A stretch of 51,448 nt of DNA from a virus (lineage: Duplodnaviria > Caudoviricetes): positions 1-51,448 of the IMG/VR virus record IMGVR_UViG_3300012923_000003; one strand, given 5' to 3'. Below, in pieces: positions 17,702 through 26,300 of the stretch. The position numbers were made by a program, and so were the translations under genes. Under the pieces are notes generated by a model that saw only the letters and a program-made list of their open reading frames with translations, had not been told where the DNA came from and ran no database searches. Every line of letters starts with the position of its first letter. Positions within the stretch are counted from its first letter, which is position 1.

Positions 17702-17892
17702 TCAAACACCCTAAGACTAGAGCTGAGAGGCTACGTCTCAAATACCTAAAGGATACCTTTGACGATAAATCCAAACGATCTTCCCTCCAGTACAGGAAGC
17801 AGGAGATCAAAGCGAAGGAACTCGAAGATGAGCTTAGGGTCCAAGTATCTGGCTCGCAAGAGGAAGCAGAATTCGCAATCAATCCAGTCTGA
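17698..17892 (+). CDS. Hypothetical protein
   Basis: Coupled ORF. Confidence 0.55.
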   Translation: MIKHPKTRAERLRLKYLKDTFDDKSKRSSLQYRKQEIKAKELEDELRVQVSGSQEEAEFAINPV

Positions 17893-18064
17893 GATATCTT
17901 TGGCTAATGTCAGAGATGGACTGTTGCCCATGCTGTACACTCTCAATGTAATCAAGCCAAGGGATGAAGTCGTGGAGATTGATTTCGACTGGCATAACAT
18001 CAAGGACGAGATTTGTCCTATAACCATCTACGTGAAAGGAGCGCCAAAGAGTAATAGTGGCTAG
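17759..18064 (+). CDS. Hypothetical protein (start uncertain, possibly 17828)
   Basis: Fills the gap before the HNH-like gene. Confidence 0.45.
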   Translation: MTINPNDLPSSTGSRRSKRRNSKMSLGSKYLARKRKQNSQSIQSEISLANVRDGLLPMLYTLNVIKPRDEVVEIDFDWHNIKDEICPITIYVKGAPKSNSG

Positions 18065-18302
18065 AAACTATAAGAAAGAAACGGCCTATGAAGAAAATCC
18101 TCAGCAGGTTAAACGGCGTGAAGCTCGGAATAGAGCCCGTCGTAAAGCACTCAAGGCCGGAACAGTCCACAAAGGTGATAAGAAAGAACTTGACCACATT
18201 GGATACCATCGGACTGGTAGTCTTGACCGTGTTCCCACTCGTGTTGTTAGCGAGCATGCCAACGTGGTTAGACAACCTCCCCACAAAAGAAAGAGAAAAT
18301 GA
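18057..18302 (+). CDS. Small HNH-like endonuclease of podoviruses
   Basis: RNYKKE...RNRARR...KGDKKELDH...RVVSEHAN; RBS AAGGAG. Confidence 0.7.
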   Translation: MARNYKKETAYEENPQQVKRREARNRARRKALKAGTVHKGDKKELDHIGYHRTGSLDRVPTRVVSEHANVVRQPPHKRKRK

Positions 18303-18434
18303 ATGAGTTCATAGACAATCATGTCTGGATCTTAGCAGTAGCCCGAGTATTAATCGGGTTTTCATTAATATTTCTAATAACAATTAGTACTAAGAAAATA
18401 ATTAGGTCATTACGACCCAAGAAAAGGAAACATC

Positions 18435-18626
18435 ATGAATGAAATCCTTCAGGACATGGCCACTGAGCCTGTGGCGCTGGATCACTTCGTCCTCGGCCTC
18501 GACGACGAAGGCAACGAAGTCAAGATCAAGGTCGACGAAGCTGGCGAACTCTCGCTCGTTCAGGACATCGAAGACCGCGACGAAGCCGTCGCTGACAAGG
18601 ATGATGACTCCGCCGTTCCCTTCTAA
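18435..18626 (+). CDS. Highly acidic small protein with SSB-like C-terminal tail
   Basis: 20 of 63 residues are D/E; ends DKDDDSAVPF; RBS AAGGA; GC3-rich codons. Confidence 0.8.
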   Translation: MNEILQDMATEPVALDHFVLGLDDEGNEVKIKVDEAGELSLVQDIEDRDEAVADKDDDSAVPF

Positions 18627-18698
18627 AGCTTGATTTGATCTAATGACAAATCAGCACTCCTAGTGGTGTCTCCCGCGCCTTAGCCACTAGGTAAACTT

Positions 18699-18734
18699 GA
18701 CCCCGGCACTCCTAATAGAGGCCGGGGTTCTTTT
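18699..18734 (+). terminator. Rho-independent terminator, preceded by two hairpins (18631-18691)
   Basis: GACCCCGGC...GCCGGGGTT-CTTTT. Confidence 0.8.
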
Positions 18735-18752
18735 GATCGTGCTTACGATCTA

Positions 18753-19658
18753 TTGGATATTACAATGAATAATCCTGCTTACTATCTAGAATACGAAGAT
18801 GGATTAGGACCTTACTGGAAATGTTTTGATGGGAATGATGGACAATGTATGTCCACGCAGAGAACTAAACAAGATGCTATGTCTTGGTGTCGTGGATGGA
18901 ACCATATCCTATTAGGTGAAATAGGACATCCTCATCTTTCTCACAGACAATGGAAGAAATGGTTCCCCGGCTATCCTAATTCAAAACATATTTATAATGC
19001 TTATAAAATGGACTATCTAATGTATGATTCAGTAAATACCTTTGCATCTTTACCTGAAGTAAAGTGCAGCGTTGTCTCCTCACCCTATCTAGACGGAGAC
19101 AGCTTCTCAAAGATAATGCGTAAACAAGAAGAAGGGAATAATCCCATGTATCTCGATGATTGTGTTACCGTTTCTCCGTGGCCTACAACTACGAAGAAGT
19201 GTGGTCAGCCTCAGGCTGCTACTCAGTCTGTGATCCAGGTGATCACGGACTCCAAACCTGACACTGCTGTTCATCAGCGTAGCTTCCTTACAAGTCGTGT
19301 TCACGATCTCAAGTACGTTAAGTACAATGAGATCTCGGAGCAGTTCTTCAAGAATGAACCGAATGGTCCAAAGACCGTAGCTGAGTTGAAGGAGCGCCTG
19401 AAGAAGGGCCACTACACGGTTGAGTTGCCGAAGGGTTTTGGCTACGACAGTGAAGATGATGAAATCTACTGGCGGGATGCCTTCTCTTGGCGGACGCCGG
19501 AGACTCAGTTCGATAAGGCCGGCTGGGAAGCTGCCTACAAAGAACTGACCACCTTCGTCTCGGACATCCTTGATCAGATTGCTATCCTTGATCCCAAGGA
19601 AGGTCTGGCTCTGCTGGATGATCTGAAGAAGTGGAAGCCTTCCAAGACTAAGAAGTGA
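18753..19658 (+). CDS. Hypothetical protein; likely internal start at ATG 19146
   Basis: Long ORF; in-frame RBS AAGGGA and ATG 19146 coincide with a codon-usage shift. Confidence 0.7.
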   Translation: MDITMNNPAYYLEYEDGLGPYWKCFDGNDGQCMSTQRTKQDAMSWCRGWNHILLGEIGHPHLSHRQWKKWFPGYPNSKHIYNAYKMDYLMYDSVNTFASLPEVKCSVVSSPYLDGDSFSKIMRKQEEGNNPMYLDDCVTVSPWPTTTKKCGQPQAATQSVIQVITDSKPDTAVHQRSFLTSRVHDLKYVKYNEISEQFFKNEPNGPKTVAELKERLKKGHYTVELPKGFGYDSEDDEIYWRDAFSWRTPETQFDKAGWEAAYKELTTFVSDILDQIAILDPKEGLALLDDLKKWKPSKTKK

Positions 19659-19666
19659 TATGATTT

Positions 19667-19742
19667 GATTACGACAAGCATTTCAGATGGTTGATGCGCC
19701 CGGTCGCACCGGGAGAATGCAGTTCGAATCTAAGGCGTAGTC
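19667..19742 (+). pseudogene. Degenerate tRNA or tRNA-like element
   Basis: Acceptor GATTACG/CGTAGTC, D-arm GCAT/ATGC, CCCGG-TCGCA-CCGGG (5-nt loop), GTTCGAATC with a broken T-stem, no CCA. Confidence 0.6.
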
Positions 19743-19745
19743 AAA

Positions 19746-19785
19746 GAAGAACCCCGTAGGGACGTAAATCCTTACGGGGTTTTTT
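19746..19785. terminator. Bidirectional terminator between the convergent arms
   Basis: AACCCCGTAGGGA-CGTAAA-TCCTTACGGGGTT with a T run on the right and an A-rich run on the left. Confidence 0.9.
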
Positions 19786-19797
19786 CGTGTCTTGATT

Positions 19798-19968
19798 CTA
19801 AATTAAGTAAGTTAACATACAACTGGCGGCTGTTCCTGAGGCTGAATGTGCTAGATAGTGTACTGATCCTATTAGGCAATCGGCCCAGGAGTCGTAATTA
19901 TGAACGATCATCTTATGTGCATGAGGGGTTCCGAAGTTAAGTGTGGCTATGAGTGTCCATTTCAACAT
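19798..19968 (-). CDS. Small hypothetical protein (56 aa)
   Basis: TAATG coupling; MLKWTLIATLNFG... Confidence 0.45.
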   Translation of the reverse strand: MLKWTLIATLNFGTPHAHKMIVHNYDSWADCLIGSVHYLAHSASGTAASCMLTYLI

Positions 19969-21188
19969 TAATTCTCTTTAAAAGTGATAGGTTCTGACTT
20001 CATTATCATACCAGTCTTCGGATCCATTACACCGTAGGCAGAAGTAGTAACAGCTTCCTTGACAGGTATTTGACGATGTGCTGGAATATCTGCAGTATGT
20101 TCTGGATGGAACATACGACGTTCTTTTTCAGTTAGAAGTAAACGAGTTTCTACGTTTCTAGCTTCAGTCTCTCCTGCTAACCTAAGATAATATTTAGCAG
20201 CTTGTTGATTACCAGCTGCTTTGTATTCTTGATACTTTTTAAAGACTGTAGTTAGATATTTACTTCGAGCATACTCTTCTTCGGTCAGACCTTTAGTATT
20301 GATTTTCCTTATTATAGCTTCGGATTCAGGAATTAAAGCTTCAACATCTCTAGTATATCTTAGATGATAATCTTTCCCAGCCTTACCGGGAGAACCTCCC
20401 TTAACAAACCCTTCAATATCTTGAATAGCATGTTGAACTTCATGCATTAAGATACCTTGATTCTCAGAAGCTTCTGTACCCATCCTTATAGTCTTTGATC
20501 GAGAAGCCCATTCTGCACCTGTGGAAGGATAAATAGGATCTCTTACAACTCTAATATCTTGTAATTGAGGATAGGCTTTGTACAATTCTGGATGATCTAA
20601 AACTAAAGGTAAGGCTAAAGATTTCTCTCCAGTCGTACTAACACGAGCATCCTCGTGCCATCCTTTATCAAAGCTAGCCTTACTATCGTCTATTTCATAA
20701 CGCCATTTACCTTCAGCTCCACGCCAAAAGCCAGTTTTCTGATATATGTGTTCGTCAAGACTTCCAAGTTTACCGGGAGGAAGTCCAGTACCTTCTAAGA
20801 TTTGAGCATGTGCGAGGTCAGATAATTTACTTCCGATGGCTGCGCTTTTAACTCCAGCCATAGTACCCGGACCTGCCGACATCCCTATGTTAATTCCTCG
20901 TTCAATATCCTCATCGGTAATATTAACTAACGGACTAGCTGTACGAAACCTTATATGCTCTCCTTCGGGGGTTAAGTTAGTCTCAGGTACTTTCTCCGGT
21001 ACATTGGTACCTCCCTCTGGTTTTAACGCACCAGCGGGCTCCGTAGGGCTTCCTAGAGACATCGTAGAAGTGGTGGAGAGTGGCTCTTGCACAGGCCTAA
21101 TGGTAATAGCCTGTGATTTCTTAGCCTGATCGACTAAGAAGGCAGACTCATCGGGAAAATATTCTCCTGCGCTAGAACCAATGGGCAT
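19968..21188 (-). CDS. LPD23-like domain plus zincin (HExxH) protein, probably ejected
   Basis: TGFWRGAEGKWRYEIDD, HPELYKAYPQL, HEVQHAIQ.IEGF, LAGETEARNVE. Confidence 0.8.
   Translation of the reverse strand: MPIGSSAGEYFPDESAFLVDQAKKSQAITIRPVQEPLSTTSTMSLGSPTEPAGALKPEGGTNVPEKVPETNLTPEGEHIRFRTASPLVNITDEDIERGINIGMSAGPGTMAGVKSAAIGSKLSDLAHAQILEGTGLPPGKLGSLDEHIYQKTGFWRGAEGKWRYEIDDSKASFDKGWHEDARVSTTGEKSLALPLVLDHPELYKAYPQLQDIRVVRDPIYPSTGAEWASRSKTIRMGTEASENQGILMHEVQHAIQDIEGFVKGGSPGKAGKDYHLRYTRDVEALIPESEAIIRKINTKGLTEEEYARSKYLTTVFKKYQEYKAAGNQQAAKYYLRLAGETEARNVETRLLLTEKERRMFHPEHTADIPAHRQIPVKEAVTTSAYGVMDPKTGMIMKSEPITFKEN
20991..21047 (+). repeat. Dispersed 57-bp motif, copy B (inside a CDS)
   Basis: TTTCTCCGGT-ACATT-GGTAC-N14-AACGCACCA-N8-CGTAGG. 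Confidence 0.7.
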
Positions 21189-21220
21189 GTTATTGAAAAT
21201 TCCTTACCATGAATTTACTT

Positions 21221-23395
21221 TTACTCCTTACCCTTATTAAAGGTATCTTCTAATTTCTGCAGAGACTTATCGTGAGAAGATATAATAGCATTCATCATTG
21301 GTCTAGTAATAGATTGTAGAGCTGGATCAGCATTATGTAATATACCTAGAACATAGGCGCTAGTATTACTACCTTCTTTAGATTGAACATTACTCAATTG
21401 ATCTAAAGCACCATTGACACGTCGTATAATAGCATTAACATTACGTCCATAAACATTTGAATCTAATATAGCCCCTGGATTAAGAGGAAGCTCTAGAAAT
21501 CTATTATGTTCATTATCCCAGTGAACTTCAAACTTCTTAGGTAAGGGAGCCTTATCGCCTAAGGCCGCAGTAGGTGTTGGAGCATATTGATATGTTGCAT
21601 TAGCATTAGATATATTCTTAAAATCTTCTCGGAACAGAACTGGGAACTCATTCTCTCCCCACCTCTTCATATTATCCCAGGCTACTTTACCTTCACCACC
21701 TTGCTGCCGAAGCTTCCACATACTATCGACAATATCAGTAGATAACATACGATCATAAGCCGAGTATTTACCCGGAACATACTGTCCTTTCAGATTAGTA
21801 TAATCCATCTTGAGCTCATCCATCAATCCCCAATTATTAGGAGCAAAGGCATACTTAGCTACATTAAGTTTAACATCATCGGGAGCTTTAGGATCCGCAA
21901 TGATCTTAGGGATCATTAGATAATTATCAACTAGACGAGTAGATGGAGCAATGTTAGCTTTCTTAGCTTGTTGAATATCTTCCTTAGCACTTGCCGGATT
22001 AAGTGGATCAATCTGAGCTGCTGCGGCAGCTAGTTTACCTTGATAGATTGGAATTAGATCTTGAGGCAAGTTAGATAACAGTCCTGCCTTCAACATAGCA
22101 TCGCCCCATTGTGGGGCAATCTTAGCCATGCCTGCAATAATTCTTAATTGATCTCCCACCTTAGGTTGGTTATAAAGATCTAAGTGAGTCTTCTCATCAA
22201 TGGATTGAGTTATACGGGCTGCAGTATGCGCAAAGCCTAGTTTCTCATCAGAGATATATTTGATGTATTCATCTAGAGGCCTAACCTGTTCAGCAATATG
22301 ATTCTTAACTTTATCAGGACCTATTAAACCTATGGTAGTCTGACCATTAGAGTCAGGTTCATTAGCTTTACGTATTGCATTAGAAACTAAATTAGCTTTT
22401 AAAGCAGTGAGACCCATAACACCTTGTTCAAGTCTGACTGGATCTACTTTAGATCCTTCTGCATTAGCTTTGGTAATAGTATCTACTAAACCCTGAGCAG
22501 TCTGAGTACCTCCAGCTATATTAGTAATATCCAAGGCAGCTTGAGTATCGTGTCCAACTGTCTTAGCAAAAGACTGTTCAGCTTTAGTTACTTTATCTGA
22601 TAGCTTACCTTGATCGTTGGCTCGCTCTGACATCTCTTGCTTACGTTCCCAATCCTTGGATGAGTACTTAGCTATATAAGCATAGACTTGATCCGGAGTT
22701 ACTTGGCCACGATCCCACATTGAAGCTAAGATAGCAGCATTAGGAACTTGATGTTGATTAACTCCACCTAAACCTTCTGTTACTGCATTCCTAACCATGG
22801 TAGTAACTTTATCATGTTCAGACTTAGCATTGCCAGCATTACGATTAATATCTTCTAATAGATTACGCATCACTGCATTGGCAGGATCAACTCCACTAAC
22901 ATTCTTAATAGTATCATCAATGTAATCTTTATAACCTGGATACTGAGCCCGGAGTTGCTTAGCCAGAGAATTAAGATTCATAGTATAGAGAGTATCATTA
23001 ACATGACCCATATTCTGGGCCTGAGATATACCTAATTGAGTAGCTCTATCCAAGCCTGATTGTAAACCGCCCGGAATTGGAGGTGTCTCTGCCTGAGCTA
23101 AGGTCTGAGGTTGAGGAGGGATTAAACCTTGCTGTTGATTACGGATATTTAAATAGGCCGCAGTGTAATCATCTCTTAACTTGTCAACACCAGCAGTAAC
23201 CTTATCTTTAAGATAAGACTTCTCCGAAGTGTCATAAAGCTTAGCCGCTTCTTCAATACCAGTACCTAGAGTACTAAGAGCTATACCTGTGGAAGTATCG
23301 GCTTTAGTAATATGTTCTGGCTCTTGAATAGGACGAGATACTCTGGTCCAATCCGGAGGATTTATCTGCGGTGGTTGAATGTCAAATGAAACCAT
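21221..23395 (-). CDS. Internal virion (ejection) protein
   Basis: Size, A/Q/N-rich helical composition, position after the nozzle. Confidence 0.7.
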   Translation of the reverse strand: MVSFDIQPPQINPPDWTRVSRPIQEPEHITKADTSTGIALSTLGTGIEEAAKLYDTSEKSYLKDKVTAGVDKLRDDYTAAYLNIRNQQQGLIPPQPQTLAQAETPPIPGGLQSGLDRATQLGISQAQNMGHVNDTLYTMNLNSLAKQLRAQYPGYKDYIDDTIKNVSGVDPANAVMRNLLEDINRNAGNAKSEHDKVTTMVRNAVTEGLGGVNQHQVPNAAILASMWDRGQVTPDQVYAYIAKYSSKDWERKQEMSERANDQGKLSDKVTKAEQSFAKTVGHDTQAALDITNIAGGTQTAQGLVDTITKANAEGSKVDPVRLEQGVMGLTALKANLVSNAIRKANEPDSNGQTTIGLIGPDKVKNHIAEQVRPLDEYIKYISDEKLGFAHTAARITQSIDEKTHLDLYNQPKVGDQLRIIAGMAKIAPQWGDAMLKAGLLSNLPQDLIPIYQGKLAAAAAQIDPLNPASAKEDIQQAKKANIAPSTRLVDNYLMIPKIIADPKAPDDVKLNVAKYAFAPNNWGLMDELKMDYTNLKGQYVPGKYSAYDRMLSTDIVDSMWKLRQQGGEGKVAWDNMKRWGENEFPVLFREDFKNISNANATYQYAPTPTAALGDKAPLPKKFEVHWDNEHNRFLELPLNPGAILDSNVYGRNVNAIIRRVNGALDQLSNVQSKEGSNTSAYVLGILHNADPALQSITRPMMNAIISSHDKSLQKLEDTFNKGKE

Positions 23396-26300
23396 TAGGG
23401 TTTATTTTCCTGTAGTAATTTAGTTCTATATTGTTCCAAACGAGTGCTGGGCACATCGGACTGAAACCACTTCTTGGTCGGAACTTTAGAAGTTGCAAAG
23501 TATTGATTGACTTGATCAGCTTGAGTTTCATAACCATTTAAAGCTTTAGAAAGTACATCAGCTCTCATATCCAACGGCATTCCTGACCATTCCATTCGAC
23601 CAAAGGCACGGCGCATATATTCATTGGCTTGATTCTGATCTAGATTAGAGGAATCTTGCAGACCGCGTCTAATCTCTTTGATAACCATCTTCTCAGTATA
23701 TTTCTGATACTCTTCTTCAGCCTTACGAATATTAGTTATCTGGTAAGCATCATCATCCTTCTGATTATGTAGACCAGTAGCTCCTTGGAATAGCGCATTC
23801 AAAGTACTGATATTACCTTGATAACCTTCATTCTTAGATAGCCAACGTCCAGTATTCATAGCAGTTAATACTTGCCAAGAAGCATTGATACTAGATACTT
23901 CTTTAAAGATATCCAAAGCATCTTCTACTTTGAAGGGATGCTCCATCTCTTTAGAATTACCTCGCATCCATGAAATCATAGATAAAGCGAGAGGACTAGT
24001 ATTGTTAATTGTATTGGCGAAGATACTTACCGAAGCACCGCCCATAATCTTCCACCAGACATTGTCAGACCAGAATTGATTGAAGCCTTGAATACCATAA
24101 CGAGGACCAATGTTATAGAAGTTACCTTTCTCTAGATCCCCTTTGCCCGTTGCTAAGGCTAATAAAGTAGCTGGTAATCCTTCCATCACTGCAGAAGTAA
24201 ACCAGTTCTGACCCATCACATAACCACGATCAATAGCTTCCTTCCGCCAGACATCATAAAGTGGTAAACCTGTAAGACCTGTAGCAATAGGTAAACCATA
24301 TAGACCAGCATAAATAGCCGCTGTTCTAGTCCTAGCAGCTCCGCTTATTCTATTACTAAACATTAATTCAGATAATCTTAATTGGTATGTAAGAAACTGA
24401 GTAGTAAGTCCCAGAACACCAGTATGGAGCTGAGAGCTAGAAGCCCTAGACATGTTAGTAGAAAGTAAGTCAGCCCTTTGTAAAATCTCAGCTCTCTGAG
24501 CGCTACTAATCGCGCCACTAGGATGTATCTCTCGGAACTCCCTGTAAGCGGTATACCAAGCTCCGAGCCTAACAGAGCGTTCACCTGTTCTGAAGAATGC
24601 TTGTCCCGCATTTAAGAAATTACCCCAATCGTTACCGATAAATTTATGTTGCATATTATCGTTCAAGGCATATTCACCGGCGACATGTTCAAAGCCAGTT
24701 TCACGTAAAAGTCTATTAGCTTCTAACCAATCTCCTGCTTTACCATAATTCAAGGCAGTAGCCATCTCATCCAACTTAGTCAGGAACCCTGGAGTTCTAT
24801 TAATGTTACCCCAACCATGAAGGAATGCGCCTGCCGTACCTCCAGCACCATGTCGAAAGCCAGCAATACCAACAATACTTGCGTAGGTCTGTGCTTGTAC
24901 TAAGATCTGTGCTGGATTGAAGATACCTAACTTAACGTTGAAAGCAAAGGATCTTAGAAGACGAACAGGATCATGAACATGACTCAATGCCCATAGCGGA
25001 ATGATGGCAGCCTTCTCTGTTAGTCCGCCTTTCTCATAGGCAGTATCCGCTAAGTGCTGAGTTATACTATGAATCCAAGTATCAAAAGTATTAGGCACAC
25101 CAACGAATTGATTAATCTTCATTCTATTAGCAAGTAGCTTCTGCACTACATCATGAGGCGCTCCAGACTTAAAAGCCGTCTCATCTCTAGCTAGATTAAA
25201 GTTCCAGAATGGAGAAGCTCTGATAGAAGACTCATCCTCTTTAAGATATGGACCTGCTTCGCGGAGCCAATGCTCGACAGCGAAGATCTTATAGTCATCC
25301 ATGTAAGTGCTATTGATCGCTCTATTAAGAGCACGGTTCATAGTGGGAATAGGATCAACCATCTTGGCTGGCTCATACTTCCACAATGAACTATCTCGTC
25401 CACCCGTGATGGTTCCAACTTCATCGGCATCACGCTGTAGATTGAAGGCTACTCTATTCTGGGCAGCATCAGATCCTTCACGGGTTCCGTCCCTAAACGT
25501 ACCGGGGTAACGTTGTTCCAATGATTTATCTATATCATAGATTTTTCTATTCTTAGGAACAACGTAAAATGGTTCAGTCTTACTCAGACGTGGGGGAAGA
25601 ATATTACCTTGAGGATCTCTCTTAGGATTAAACCAACCATGTAATTTATCCCAGTCAATGGGAAGAGTACGTTCAGCAAGAACCTTAGCTTCGTCTATTC
25701 TATTATCTCTAATTAAGACACGGACAGCATCCATGCGTCTGACAATGTCTCTACCTTTAGCTCTATTGTCTATTGGCATTACGGTCTGATCTCCAGTGTA
25801 GAGATCATTGTACTTAGTACGTTTATCGTTGGCTACTGAGCCCGCCCGTTCAGGAATTATTTGAGCTTGTTTAATATAATGTTCATAATCATATTCAAAG
25901 TGACCGCCACCACGTCTTGTAACATGATTGAAGTCTAGGGGCTTAGTCTCAACTCGATCAGTTAAGACATATCTAATTCGTTCTGCACCTGCTACATCAC
26001 TAAAATTCTTGAGAGGATATTCATCGGGATTATAAATTCTAATTACTCTACGAGCACCCGATGCAACATCTTTCTCCATCTTCTCCCAAATCTGTGGATT
26101 AAGTGCACGACTCTGTAAATTATATAACTTCTCATCTCCCTTACGCGTACCCATGATTAAGATATTGTCTTTACCATGAGGCATTGTCTTCTCTTGAATA
26201 CCATCGAAGTATCCCGAGACAGAAGAAGCTTTAGTTCTACCTGGACCTAACACAGAAATCTGATGCTGTTCGGTACCAATGCGGGCACGGTTACGAAACT

